Source: Candidatus Pacearchaeota archaeon
GTDB taxonomy: Archaea > Nanobdellota > Nanobdellia > Pacearchaeales > GW2011-AR1
Direction: 5' to 3'
DNA: 64,000 nt
NCBI GenBank assembly: GCA_018304105.1
Contig: JAGVWX010000020.1
Location: 27,111-91,110, forward strand
The notes under the pieces are model-generated. The model saw only the letters and a program-made list of their open reading frames with translations. It searched no databases and was not told where the DNA came from. A program made the position numbers and the translations under genes. Positions 9,295-18,745 of the stretch are shown one piece after another. Each line of letters starts with the position of its first letter. Position 1 is the first letter of the stretch.

Positions 9295-9798
9295 CTATTC
9301 CAAAGAACCAGCTCTTCCATGATGCCTAAATTCTTCTGTATCTCTCTCAATTTTCCCGTCTTTGCCAACTCTAGTTGCTTCAAGCCTATATATCGAAGAA
9401 TGTAAGTCCCTTCCTTCCTTATATGGAGCTTCACTAACCTGATATTCCCACTTTTCTCCTAAAGTATCGTTTGATCTATAATTTTCTACCCATCCTTCAA
9501 ATAAATAGTTTCCGGGCTGATTAATTTCAAAATCTAGTTTAACTGCTCGAATCAAATTATCCCACATACTTCTTTGAGTTGTTTCTGTTCTAGTGATCTT
9601 TACGCTATCGTTAAATAATTCATGATAAGTAACATGGTCTTCAGGCGGATTTTTTCCACAAAGAATTAAGGATAGACCTGATGCGGTAGCTACAGTAACT
9701 AATGCTCCTTTTCCAAACCATTGTAAAAATTTTCTTCTGTCCATTTTATTAGTAGAATTCTGAGGCGATTCCTTGCCCTCACCTCTTAAATACAACAA
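9295..9798 (-). CDS. Secreted hypothetical protein with a twin-arginine (Tat) signal
   Basis: 167 aa. The N-terminus MDRRKFLQWFGKGALVTVATASG is a Tat-like RRxFL motif followed by a hydrophobic core. Confidence 0.5.
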   Translation of the reverse strand: MLYLRGEGKESPQNSTNKMDRRKFLQWFGKGALVTVATASGLSLILCGKNPPEDHVTYHELFNDSVKITRTETTQRSMWDNLIRAVKLDFEINQPGNYLFEGWVENYRSNDTLGEKWEYQVSEAPYKEGRDLHSSIYRLEATRVGKDGKIERDTEEFRHHGRAGSLE

Positions 9799-10208
9799 AT
9801 AATGGGTTTTTAATACTTTCTAATCACCAAAGTTTTTAACAAATAAGCTATGATAAAAAGTTATTAAAAGCTTGGTAAAAAAACATATCTACTTTGTGCA
9901 AACAAATAGACCAAAAAGGTTACCTTTTCTAACGAACTACTTATTTTTCTTCCAAAAGCGATTTTGAATCAAGTAACCTATAAATGCAAAAAATAATCCA
10001 CTCAATAATAAGGTAAATATCACTATTCCAGCTATTTCGTCTCCCGGATTAAGTTTAGAAAATACCCTGAATACCTACAATTATAAAGAATATGAAAAAT
10101 CCCAAGAATATTACTTGAAGTAATCGGTAATACCATTTTTTATGAAGCGTTTTCTTATCCATATTATTATAAGGAAAATTGTTATTATAAGATTATCTTT
10201 TCAAAATA

Positions 10209-10280
10209 TGGCCTCACGCAGAATCGAACTGCGGTATGCTCGGTGTAAACGAGCCAGTCTAACCACTAGCTTATGAGGCC
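10209..10280 (-). tRNA. tRNA-Val (anticodon TAC)
   Basis: The reverse complement has acceptor GGCCTCA/TGAGGCC, anticodon stem GCTCG/CGAGC with loop TTTACAC (TAC), T arm CGCAG-TTCGATT-CTGCG, and discriminator A. Confidence 0.7.
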
Positions 10281-10315
10281 AACCTTATTAATAGGACTCG
10301 TAAGCGCGGGAATCT

Positions 10316-10618
10316 TTATTGCCCTAGCTTATGAGACCGATAACAGAGAAAATAAGAGGATAGTTTTTCCTGATGGATAAGCTCGCCATCCTTGTCGTTG
10401 CAGTAGCAAACTTCGTCATATTCATCAAAAACGTAAGAAGAATAGTTTTCGTATTGGCCGCAGATATTAACATCGCAAAAGACTTCTTTATCGTCGAGGT
10501 CTTGTTCGTACACTAAAACTCCCAACAAAACCACGCTTTCCAAGATAATAATGAAAAACAAAATCACGCTTAATACTATGAAAATGATTGCCAAGATTTT
10601 CCAGCCATCTTTTTCCAT
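10316..10618 (-). CDS. Small membrane-anchored Cys-rich protein (100 aa)
   Basis: N-terminal TM helix (ILAIIFIVLSVILFFIIIL), then an acidic, Cys-containing tail. Confidence 0.35.
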   Translation of the reverse strand: MEKDGWKILAIIFIVLSVILFFIIILESVVLLGVLVYEQDLDDKEVFCDVNICGQYENYSSYVFDEYDEVCYCNDKDGELIHQEKLSSYFLCYRSHKLGQ

Positions 10619-10692
10619 GAAAATATATGATTCTAAAGGTTATAAATATTTTCCCGCAAATCTTAAATAACACGTTTTTCTTGCCTTTGTAA

Positions 10693-10847
10693 GCGCTAGT
10701 AGTACAGTGGTTAGTACGTCTCGTTGCCATTTTGCTCGCCGCAGTGAGTCTCCGAGTTTCGAGGAGATTCGAGCAAGAGCGAGTCAAAATTCCGTTCGGA
10801 ATCGAAGCGAAGACGAGATGACCCGGGTTCGAATCCCGGCTTGCGCA
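10693..10847 (+). tRNA. tRNA-Gly (anticodon GCC) with an ~83-nt intron at the canonical 37/38 position
   Basis: 5' exon: GCGCTAG-TA-GTAC-AGTGGTTA-GTAC-G-TCTCG-TTGCCA. 3' exon: A-CGAGA-TGAC-CCGGG-TTCGAAT-CCCGG-CTTGCGC-A. The anticodon stem pairs perfectly and C2-G71/G3-C70/A73 fit Gly identity. There is one U-U mismatch in the acceptor. The intron is approximately 10730-10812. Confidence 0.55.
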
Positions 10848-11085
10848 TATTCAGATTCGGGGAATTTGAGCAAGCCGTTTTGTGCGAGAGCAAAGAAGAT
10901 TCATGAAGTGAATCCAATCTAAGTTTTTGATGCGCCAAAACTTTTCTCTAAAAAGTTTAGGCTTCGAATCCCTCGTTTGACCAAGCTTGGGCGAACGAAT
11001 GGACTACTGAAAGTCGGACTTGGTTTGCGCATGTCCGTTAACGTAGTTACCAATAATCTAATAATAACTTTCCCCTAATGATTAA

Positions 11086-11610
11086 ATGGAAAACACAAAA
11101 GAAGCAATCTTCGCAGGCGGATGCTTCTGGTGCAATGAAGCAGCATTCGAGGCCACGAAAGGGGTTATTGAAGCCCTCACTGGCTACACCGGAGGTTTCG
11201 AGCCGCATCCAACTTACAAAAAAGTATCTTCGCACCAAACAAATCATCGCGAAGCAGTAAAGGTTATTTACGACCCAGAAAAAATTTCATACAAAGAATT
11301 AGTTGAAATATTCTGGAAGCAAATAGACCCAACAGACGCGGAAGGGTAGTTTGTTGACCGTGGCCATCAGTACACGACCGCAATTTACTACAGGACTAAA
11401 GAAGAGGGCCAGACAGCCGAGCAATCAAAAGCTGAACTTGAAAGCTTGGGAAAATTTAACAAGCCGATTGTAACAGAAATTCTTCCGGCAAAGACCTTCT
11501 GGCCGGCTGAAGAATCCCATCAAAATTTTTACAAAAAGCGCGTCTTACAATACAAGTCATACAAGAAAAATTCTGGGAGGGAAATCCTAAAGAAAATATG
11601 GAAAAAATGA
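11086..11610 (+). pseudogene. msrA: Peptide methionine sulfoxide reductase MsrA interrupted by a single in-frame TAG (codon 88) at a conserved Gln position; otherwise intact
   Basis: N-terminal FAGGCFWC catalytic motif. It reads ...QIDPTDAEG[TAG]FVDRGHQYTTAIYY..., matching the MsrA consensus DPTDAGGQFADRG...YR.AIFY, with the TAG sitting where Q (CAG) is expected. The frame is unchanged and there are no other lesions. Confidence 0.6.
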
Positions 11611-12029
11611 AAACAGAAATGAAAAAGAAGTTAACGCCGATGCAATATGCAGTCACCCAGCAATGCAGCACAGAGCCGCCTTTCAAAAATGAATACTGGA
11701 ATAACAAAAAAGAAGGAATTTACGTCGACATTATCTCAGGAAAACCACTATTCAGCTCAAAAGACAAGTTCGATTCAGGAACCGGCTGGCCTAGTTTCAC
11801 AAAACCCCTAGATGAAAGAAACATAATTGAACAGGAAGATTCAGACGGCTCTGGAAGAACAGAAGTCAAAAGTAAAAATGCAAGCTCTCACCTCGGCCAT
11901 CTTTTCAGCGACGGTCCAGACCCAACAGGGCAAAGATATTGCATCAATTCCGCTTCGCTAAAATTCATTCCAAAAGAAGAATTGGAAAAGAAAGGCTACG
12001 GCAAATACAAAAAGCTATTTGAGAAATAA
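11598..12029 (+). CDS. msrB: Peptide methionine sulfoxide reductase MsrB (SelR domain)
   Basis: 143 aa with [27 protein letters not shown]. It overlaps the msrA 3' end by 13 nt. Confidence 0.8.
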   Translation: MEKMKTEMKKKLTPMQYAVTQQCSTEPPFKNEYWNNKKEGIYVDIISGKPLFSSKDKFDSGTGWPSFTKPLDERNIIEQEDSDGSGRTEVKSKNASSHLGHLFSDGPDPTGQRYCINSASLKFIPKEELEKKGYGKYKKLFEK

Positions 12030-12164
12030 TTATCTCCTTTAGCAATTCCTTCGATAATCTAAAACCAGCCACCCCCGACCATATATTTCATCATCAATTT
12101 GGATGTTTTCGTTATTAATTATCGTCATATAATTACTTGGCTATTTTTAATCTAAATTTTTTAA

Positions 12165-12875
12165 CTATTTCTTATTCCTAATCAAAAATCTTGCAATTCC
12201 AAAACCCGCAAGAATAAAACCAATTCCAAAAAGCCACCAATTATAATGCGTTGGCACAAAGCCAGAATCAGAATTATTTAGAAAAATCATCTTTCCATAA
12301 TCATACATCCAACTAATTAAAACCAACAATATGCCTAAAATAATAATTATCCAATCATACAAAATCGTCCTTATCTTCTTGCCTTTATCATTTAAATTTA
12401 GAACAGCAATCGCAGTAAAAATCATCAACAAACTGCACAGCACCGGCGTGATTACTGGCCCAACCCATGGCCACGGAATCAAAAACAAAACATCCCAAGT
12501 AAAAAGAGAAGCCGGCCAATCAAGAATGACTTTCAAAAATACATAATAAAAAATATCCCAAACAGCAAATGCAAAAATAAAGTATGCGCTCCTTTCAAAA
12601 AATTTCTTTCCTGCAAGCATTGCAACAGTAACCAGCATAACAATCGTTGCAAACTCTCTCACCCATTCAATTAAAAGAATTTCCGACTGAACAAGATTCG
12701 CCAAAGGAAAATTAAATCCGTTAGGATAATACAACGCCCTTAGATACGCTACTACAATGGCTTCCAAATAGCCCATTGCGATTGCAAAAAAAGTCACAAT
12801 CCAAACACGGTTCAGAGTTTCTTTTTTCATCAATAAGAATAAATAACCTTCAATAAATACTTTACCATAATACAA
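12165..12875 (-). CDS. Polytopic membrane protein, unknown function
   Basis: 236 aa with about six TM helices. Divergent from tgt. Possibly a TTG start. Confidence 0.45.
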   Translation of the reverse strand: MYYGKVFIEGYLFLLMKKETLNRVWIVTFFAIAMGYLEAIVVAYLRALYYPNGFNFPLANLVQSEILLIEWVREFATIVMLVTVAMLAGKKFFERSAYFIFAFAVWDIFYYVFLKVILDWPASLFTWDVLFLIPWPWVGPVITPVLCSLLMIFTAIAVLNLNDKGKKIRTILYDWIIIILGILLVLISWMYDYGKMIFLNNSDSGFVPTHYNWWLFGIGFILAGFGIARFLIRNKK

Positions 12876-13969
12876 TGGAACGCTTCAAAATCACCCACAA
12901 ATCAGGCAAAGCGCGAGTTGGAATTCTTTCAACAAAAACAGGGAACTATGAAACTCCATTCTTCATGCCTGTCGCAACAAAAGGCGCAGTGAAATACCTC
13001 GAAGTTGAAGAGATTGAAGAGCTCGGCGCTTACGCTTTCATCTCAAATGCTTTCCTTCTTTATCTAAAGCCCGGCTTAGACGTAATAAAAAAGCACAAGG
13101 GCCTTCACAATTTTATGAATTGGAAGAAATGTATCTTCACCGACTCTGGCGGTTTTCAAGTTCAATCGTTAAACGACTTCAAGGACAAGTTCTCAGACAA
13201 GGGTTTGAAATTCAAAAGTCCTTTCGACGGCTCTTTACACGAACTCACTCCAAAAAAAGTCATGGAAATAGAAGAAACAATCGGCAGCGACGTCGCAATG
13301 TGCCTTGACCAAATGCCTCTTTACGGCTCGTCAAAAGAACAAGTAGAAGAAGCCACTAAAAGAACGCATCTTTTTGCAGAGCAATGTATCAAAAACCACA
13401 AGGACAAAACTCAACTTCTCTTTGGCATCGCCCAAGGCGGCACTTTTCCAGAGTTAAGAAAACGCTCCTCGCAATTTATTTCATCATTAAATTTTGATGG
13501 AATTGCACTCGGCGGACTTGCAGTCGGAGAACCTCTTGAAGCAATGAAAGAGATGATAAAAATATCTATAGCAAACATGCCGGAAGAAAAGCCAAAATAT
13601 CTTATGGGCGTCGGCTCTCCAAAAGAAATTATTGAAGCAGTAGAACAAGGCGTCGACATCTTTGATTCCGTCTGGCCAACAAGAAATGCTCGCCATGGAA
13701 AGATATTCACGTCAGAAGGTTATTTAGAAATAGAAAAATCAAAGCACAAAAATTCACTTGAGTCGTTAGACAAAACTTGTAATTGTAAAGTCTGTAAAAC
13801 ATATACGAAATCGTATTTGCATCACCTATTCAAAGCAAATGAACCTCTAGGAAAGAAACTCCTCAGTTATCACAATCTTTTCTTCCTCCAAAATCTCATG
13901 CAAAAAATCAGACAAGCAATAAAAGCAAACAAGTTCAAGGAGTTGAAGGATGAATACTCGAAATTCTGA
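12875..13969 (+). CDS. tgt: Queuine/preQ1 tRNA-ribosyltransferase (tRNA-guanine transglycosylase), short bacterial-like form without a PUA domain
   Basis: 364 aa with the catalytic FTDSGGFQV block, LGGLAVGE, and the C-terminal zinc site CNCKVCKTY...H. Confidence 0.85.
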   Translation: MERFKITHKSGKARVGILSTKTGNYETPFFMPVATKGAVKYLEVEEIEELGAYAFISNAFLLYLKPGLDVIKKHKGLHNFMNWKKCIFTDSGGFQVQSLNDFKDKFSDKGLKFKSPFDGSLHELTPKKVMEIEETIGSDVAMCLDQMPLYGSSKEQVEEATKRTHLFAEQCIKNHKDKTQLLFGIAQGGTFPELRKRSSQFISSLNFDGIALGGLAVGEPLEAMKEMIKISIANMPEEKPKYLMGVGSPKEIIEAVEQGVDIFDSVWPTRNARHGKIFTSEGYLEIEKSKHKNSLESLDKTCNCKVCKTYTKSYLHHLFKANEPLGKKLLSYHNLFFLQNLMQKIRQAIKANKFKELKDEYSKF

Positions 13970-14309
13970 CACAATAGGAAAGAAAGTTAAAGAATTGTTT
14001 CAGCCCACGAAGAAAAAATTGCTAACTTCGATAATTATAACTTTGATTTGGTTTTCGATACTTTGGTTATTTAATTGGTCTGCCAATGTGCTGTGTGAAA
14101 GTTGTAGCAGAAGGTATGAAGCGAATAATTGTATCGATTATTACTCTTTTTTAATTCGGTCAATTGAATATAAATGTGGTCATTGCAATGGAGCTTGCAC
14201 ACTCCTATCCACTGTTATTTTTCAATATTTTCAGTTTGTGATAATTCCATTCATATTAATTTATTTAGTTTATTCGATAATAAATTATAACAGGAAATAC
14301 AAAAGATGA
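13950..14309 (+). CDS. Hypothetical small membrane protein with Cys cluster (119 aa)
   Basis: ORF between tgt and queA, overlapping both (ATGA-type overlaps). Two TM helices; CESCS...CGHCNGAC. Confidence 0.35.
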   Translation: MNTRNSDTIGKKVKELFQPTKKKLLTSIIITLIWFSILWLFNWSANVLCESCSRRYEANNCIDYYSFLIRSIEYKCGHCNGACTLLSTVIFQYFQFVIIPFILIYLVYSIINYNRKYKR

Positions 14310-15283
14310 AACTCTCAGATTTCAACTATAACCTCCCAAGAGAACTCATCGCTCAGCGCCCAGCAGTTCCGCGAACTCACTCAAGGTTGATGGTCCTCAA
14401 AAATAATTCCATTAAACACGACTTTTTCTACAATCTTCCAAATTACTTGCAAGAAGGCGACGTCTTAGTGATTAACGAAACAAAAGTTCTGAAAATAAAG
14501 CTTGAAGGAAAAAAACGTTCAGGCGGGAAAGTCGAGTTAATGCTGGAAGATGAAAAAGGAAATGCCATTATCAAAGGAAAAGCAAAATCTCAAGACAAGA
14601 TAATATTTGATAATAATATCGTTAGTGAGATAATTAATAAAAATTCAAATAAAGTTTTTTTAGAGTTTAACATCCCTATTAATGAAGTCATAGAAAAAAT
14701 TGGAAAGCTTCCAATCCCGCCCTACATAAAAATTCCTCTGAAAAAAGACGAAGAATATCAAACAATTTTTGCAGAGAAAGAAGGTTCTTTCGCAGCCCCC
14801 ACTGCCGGCTTGCATTTTGACTCTAGTCTTTTGCAAAAGCTTCATGATAAAGGAGTTAAGCTCGCAAAAGTCTGCCTTCACGTTTCTTGGGACACTTTTC
14901 TTCCAGTTCTAGAAGAAGACCCAACAAAGCACGAAATGCATGGCGAAGTTTGTGAAATAGACAAAGAAAACGCAGACATAATCAACAAAGCAAAAAGACT
15001 TTTTGTCGTCGGCACAACCACATTAAGAACTTTAGAAAGCTTTGCGGAAAACGGTAAAGTCGCGCCAGGAAAAAAGCTGACAAAAATTTTCATTTATCCT
15101 GGCTATAAATTTAAGCTCTCTTACACTGGTTTAATCACAAACTTTCACCTTCCAAAGTCCACTTTGCTCATGATGATTTCAGCCTTTCTTTCAAGAGAAA
15201 AAATCCTCAAGGCTTACGAACTAGCAGTCAAGGAAAAATATCGTTTCTTCTCTTTAGGAGATGCGATGTTAATTTTTCCTTAG
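14306..15283 (+). CDS. queA: S-adenosylmethionine:tRNA ribosyltransferase-isomerase
   Basis: 325 aa. The N-terminal signature FNYNLPRELIAQRPA...R..SRLMVL and PPYI block are diagnostic of QueA. Confidence 0.85.
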   Translation: MKLSDFNYNLPRELIAQRPAVPRTHSRLMVLKNNSIKHDFFYNLPNYLQEGDVLVINETKVLKIKLEGKKRSGGKVELMLEDEKGNAIIKGKAKSQDKIIFDNNIVSEIINKNSNKVFLEFNIPINEVIEKIGKLPIPPYIKIPLKKDEEYQTIFAEKEGSFAAPTAGLHFDSSLLQKLHDKGVKLAKVCLHVSWDTFLPVLEEDPTKHEMHGEVCEIDKENADIINKAKRLFVVGTTTLRTLESFAENGKVAPGKKLTKIFIYPGYKFKLSYTGLITNFHLPKSTLLMMISAFLSREKILKAYELAVKEKYRFFSLGDAMLIFP

Positions 15284-15805
15284 GCTAAACTCGCACCCGC
15301 AATAACTCTGCTGATATAAACCATATTTCTTCGCCAATTCAATGCTCTTATCATATCCGCCTTTTTTCTTGAAATCATAATCCAAAAAGTTAACTCCAAT
15401 CCGCGAGCCAACTGCTCGCCCAACAGCAATAACCATGTGGGATTTCTTGAATCTGCTTACTGTCAAAGTCGTAGTAAAATTCTCAATTCCAAGTTCTCGA
15501 GCTTTCATCGCAGCCTTAGTCAAATTCATCTCAAAACATTTAGCGCATCTCTTTCCACCCGATGGCTCGCTCTCCAACCCTCGTACAAACTCTTTCCATT
15601 CTGGATGATTATATTCATCAAAAATAAAATCCAGTTCGTAAATTTCAGAAACCTTCTCAGCATACAGCTTTCGTTTCTCTCTTTCTTCCTTAGGATAAAT
15701 ATTCGAATTAGGAAAAAACAAAACCAATTCGTGACCTTCTGACTTCAACTGCTCAATAACAAAAGTCGAACACGGCCCACAGCAAACATGCAAAAGAATC
15801 TTCAT
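15269..15805 (-). CDS. queH: Epoxyqueuosine reductase QueH (DUF208); start chosen at the internal Met (MKILLHVCCGPCS)
   Basis: LLHVCCGPCS plus downstream CAKCFE...YCGCEFS Cys ligands match QueH. The ORF-track start at 15859 would overlap the upstream Nudix gene by 53 nt, whereas M19 abuts it. Confidence 0.75.
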   Translation of the reverse strand: MKILLHVCCGPCSTFVIEQLKSEGHELVLFFPNSNIYPKEEREKRKLYAEKVSEIYELDFIFDEYNHPEWKEFVRGLESEPSGGKRCAKCFEMNLTKAAMKARELGIENFTTTLTVSRFKKSHMVIAVGRAVGSRIGVNFLDYDFKKKGGYDKSIELAKKYGLYQQSYCGCEFSLRKN

Positions 15806-15806
15806 C

Positions 15807-16298
15807 TCAACTTCTCCCTCGATAATCAATAATCTTTCTTTTTGTAAAGTGATGTTCATATTTAATTGCTTTTTCTAAAACCTTAATCAATATTATCTTA
15901 TCGTCGTCCCACCTTATGGTCTTAACGAAATCATCTAGTGAAAGCCACCCAAACGCATCATGTTCCTCATTCCGTATAATCTTTTGCTCGTCTACAAAAG
16001 CAAGGAAGTTATGTTCTTCACACACTTCATTCTTCCAGTTATATACGGACCCCCAATGCAAGTCAATAATTTTAGCGGTTTTTAACCCAGTTTCTTCGAG
16101 AATCTCCCTCATTACCGCTTCTTCATCAGATTCTTGTTTTTCCACATATCCAGTAACCACAAACCAAAAGTGTCCACCGTGTTCAGGACTTGATTTATTC
16201 CGCAATGCCAAAAATTTTCCATTGAATGTGATAAACGCAAGAATCTTCTTCCTAATCTCAACCTTCTTTCCCTCATACTCGATAATATCTTTAATCAT
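15807..16298 (-). CDS. NUDIX hydrolase
   Basis: 163 aa with Nudix box GGHFWFVVTGYVEKQESDEEAVMREILEETGL (Gx5Ex7REUxEExGU). Confidence 0.7.
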   Translation of the reverse strand: MIKDIIEYEGKKVEIRKKILAFITFNGKFLALRNKSSPEHGGHFWFVVTGYVEKQESDEEAVMREILEETGLKTAKIIDLHWGSVYNWKNEVCEEHNFLAFVDEQKIIRNEEHDAFGWLSLDDFVKTIRWDDDKIILIKVLEKAIKYEHHFTKRKIIDYRGRS

Positions 16299-16348
16299 AA
16301 ACCCCCAACAAAACCAATCCTTAAATATCTAATTCTCTTAATTAAAAC

Positions 16349-16894
16349 ATGAAAAACTTCCTCTGGATGATATTGCTGGCGATAGTTTCCCTTGGAGTGG
16401 TCGTATTCGTACTTGACTCATTCTTTCCTCCAGGCACACAACAACAAGGAAATATGAAACTAACTTCTTCAGCGTTCAATAATAGTCAGAGTATTCCTCA
16501 AAAATACACTTGCCAAGGCGAAGACATCAGTCCACCCTTAGAAATTTCAGTAACTCCAAAAGGAACTCAATCATTGGTTTTAATCGTAGATGACCCAGAC
16601 GCCCCCTTAGGAACTTTCACACATTGGGTTGTTTACAACATTCCTCCCGAAACCACTTCCATAGCGGAAAATTCTCTTCCGCAGGGCGCGTTGCAAGGAA
16701 TAAACAGCGGGGATAAATCAAAATACAACGGACCTTGTCCTCCTTCAGGCACACATCATTACGTTTTCAAACTTTACGCTTTAGATACAACCGATCAAAT
16801 TAAAATGCTCAGAGATAAAAAAAGCGTTGAAGATTTCATGGAAAGCCACATCATCACCCAAGCGCAACTAATTGGCGTTTATTCTAAACAGTAG
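16349..16894 (+). CDS. Membrane-anchored PEBP/YbhB-family (phosphatidylethanolamine-binding) protein
   Basis: N-terminal TM helix, then DPDAP...THWVVYNIP...GPCPPSGTHHYVFKLYALD, the PEBP signature. Confidence 0.75.
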   Translation: MKNFLWMILLAIVSLGVVVFVLDSFFPPGTQQQGNMKLTSSAFNNSQSIPQKYTCQGEDISPPLEISVTPKGTQSLVLIVDDPDAPLGTFTHWVVYNIPPETTSIAENSLPQGALQGINSGDKSKYNGPCPPSGTHHYVFKLYALDTTDQIKMLRDKKSVEDFMESHIITQAQLIGVYSKQ

Positions 16895-16898
16895 CCCT

Positions 16899-18482
16899 TT
16901 ATTCAATCATTTCTCTAACTTTCTTGTCCTCACCCTTGCTTTTGGAAATAAGAACATCATCAATCCTCAAGATGAGCATAGCAGCTTCGCTTGCCGAAGA
17001 AATCGCCTGCGTCTTTACTTTAATCGGTTCAATAATTCCTGCTTGAAAAGTGTCTTCAATTTTGTTGTTAAACAAATTTAATCCTTCTCTCACTGCTCCA
17101 GCTTCATGTCTTTTTCTCAATTCAGTAAGAACATCAATCGGGTCAAGTCCCGCATTTTCTGCAAGAGTTTCTGGAATTGACTCAAGAGCGTTCGCAAACT
17201 CTTCAACCGCAAGCTGAACTTTTCCTCCGAGTGAGCGAGCAAAATGTTTCAATCTTCTTACTAATTCCATTTCAACCGCCCCGCCCCCGCACACAACCTT
17301 CCCCGATTTCACAGCGGCAACAACATCTCCAATCCCATCCTTAACAGCTCTTTCTATTTCATCAACAAGGTGTTGCGTCCCGCCCTTCAAAATCAACGTT
17401 ACAGCTTTAGGATTATTGCACTTTCTTACATAAACTAAAGAGTCGTCTCCTCTAGCAACTTCCTCAACTTCTCCCGCCATTCCAAGCTGCTCCGTTGAAA
17501 CATCGTTCAGATTAGAAATAATTTTTCCAGAAGTTGCCCTGGCAAGTTTCTCCATGTCTGATTTATTAACACGCCTACACGCAAAAATCCCTTTCTTCGC
17601 AAGATAATACTGCGCCAGGTCGTCAATTCCTTTCTGGCAGAAGACAACATTTGCGCCTGTTTCCGCAACTTTATCAACCATTTCTTTAAGATAAATCTCT
17701 TCCGATTGAATGAATGCTTCCATCTGCTGCGGAGATGAAATTGATATTTTTGTATCCATTTCCGGGCTTCTGACCTCTAGTGGAAAATCTACAAGTAAAA
17801 TTTTTGCGTTCACAATTGTCAAAGGCATTTCTTTGTTTACCCTTCCTTTATTCAATACAATTCCTTTAACCAACTCTGAATCTTTTACAGAATCTCCAAC
17901 AATTCTTTCAATTTTTATGTCGTCTGAACTTACTTTATTTCCGTCAGCAATTTGGTCAATCGCTTCCACAACCAATTCCGCGAGCTTTTCTTTGTTTCCT
18001 TCCGCGCCCTTTCCGGTCATCGCAGTCATAGCAATGTTCTTCAAAACCTCTCGACTATTCACCGCAATTGAAATTTCATCTAAAATTCTTTCTGCCTTTT
18101 CGCTTGCAAGCCTGTAACCTTCAACAATCAAAGTAGGATGAATCTTTTTCTCAAGCAATCCTTCAGCATTTTCCAAAAGTTTCCCTGCAAGAAGCGCAAC
18201 AGTTGTCGTTCCATCCCCAACTTCTTTCTCCTGCGTCTTAGCAATCTCGACCATCATCTTTGCCGCAGGATGGTCTATTTCCATTTCCTCCAATATCGTA
18301 ACACCATCGTTAGTAACTGTTATATTCCCTTCAGAATCCACAAGCATTTTGTCCATCCCCTTCGGCCCGAGCGTTGTCTTCACAATGTCCGCGACAATTT
18401 TCGCCGCAAGAATGTTATTCCTTTGCGCCTCTCTTCCCATAGTCCTCGAAACGTTCTCAGAACTAATTCCAGTATCAACCAT
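16899..18482 (-). CDS. ths: Thermosome subunit (group II chaperonin)
   Basis: 527 aa with [24 protein letters not shown] and GGGA motifs. Confidence 0.95.
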   Translation of the reverse strand: MVDTGISSENVSRTMGREAQRNNILAAKIVADIVKTTLGPKGMDKMLVDSEGNITVTNDGVTILEEMEIDHPAAKMMVEIAKTQEKEVGDGTTTVALLAGKLLENAEGLLEKKIHPTLIVEGYRLASEKAERILDEISIAVNSREVLKNIAMTAMTGKGAEGNKEKLAELVVEAIDQIADGNKVSSDDIKIERIVGDSVKDSELVKGIVLNKGRVNKEMPLTIVNAKILLVDFPLEVRSPEMDTKISISSPQQMEAFIQSEEIYLKEMVDKVAETGANVVFCQKGIDDLAQYYLAKKGIFACRRVNKSDMEKLARATSGKIISNLNDVSTEQLGMAGEVEEVARGDDSLVYVRKCNNPKAVTLILKGGTQHLVDEIERAVKDGIGDVVAAVKSGKVVCGGGAVEMELVRRLKHFARSLGGKVQLAVEEFANALESIPETLAENAGLDPIDVLTELRKRHEAGAVREGLNLFNNKIEDTFQAGIIEPIKVKTQAISSASEAAMLILRIDDVLISKSKGEDKKVREMIE

Positions 18483-18503
18483 TAAATCAAACCTATTCGG
18501 AAT

Positions 18504-18513
18504 TTTTTAAAGA
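18504..18513 (-). promoter_or_regulatory. Putative archaeal TATA box (TTTAAAAAA, minus strand) ~26 nt upstream of the thermosome start
   Basis: A/T box at the spacing expected for an archaeal promoter with a short or absent leader. Sequence inspection only. Confidence 0.3.
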
Positions 18514-18745
18514 TATATGTAAGGTAAAGGTTATAATCTAGCTCTCTCGAAAGCCCCCAGATATTTCTTAAACAAATCAGGATATGTCTTCTTTATAGCT
18601 AACATAACTTCCCTGTCGTAATTAATATAATCGTGGACCAATCTAGCTTCTATTCCTTCTTTATCCAAGCTCTTTCAAATTCCAATATTTAATCATTTCC
18701 CGAAATCACACAAATCCTTTTAATATAAAACCACTGTTAATTCCG

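Noticed and set aside
10921-11040. tRNA-like fragment (TTCGAATCC T-loop-like motif, GCGC...GCGCA long-range complementarity) just downstream of tRNA-Gly; possibly a split-tRNA half
   Set aside because: I could not fold a consistent acceptor, D or anticodon arm on either strand. The T-stem candidates do not pair. It is possibly a degenerate tRNA remnant or an unrelated hairpin, and is left unannotated.
11347-11349. Genome-wide reassignment of TAG to a sense codon (alternative genetic code)
   Set aside because: TAG terminates L10e and the VIT-family gene at their expected C-termini and ends several other ORFs normally. The single in-frame TAG in msrA is better explained as a point nonsense mutation or error.
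17710-18485. Plus-strand ORFs of 115-135 aa opposite the thermosome gene; similar antisense ORFs lie opposite gyrA, gyrB, the NTase, DnaG and the giant surface protein (e.g. 3013..3408, 21503..22294, 44324..44809, 48785..49177, 50012..50470, 30064..30402)
   Set aside because: They are shadow ORFs inside well-supported genes on the other strand, with low-complexity translations and no motifs.
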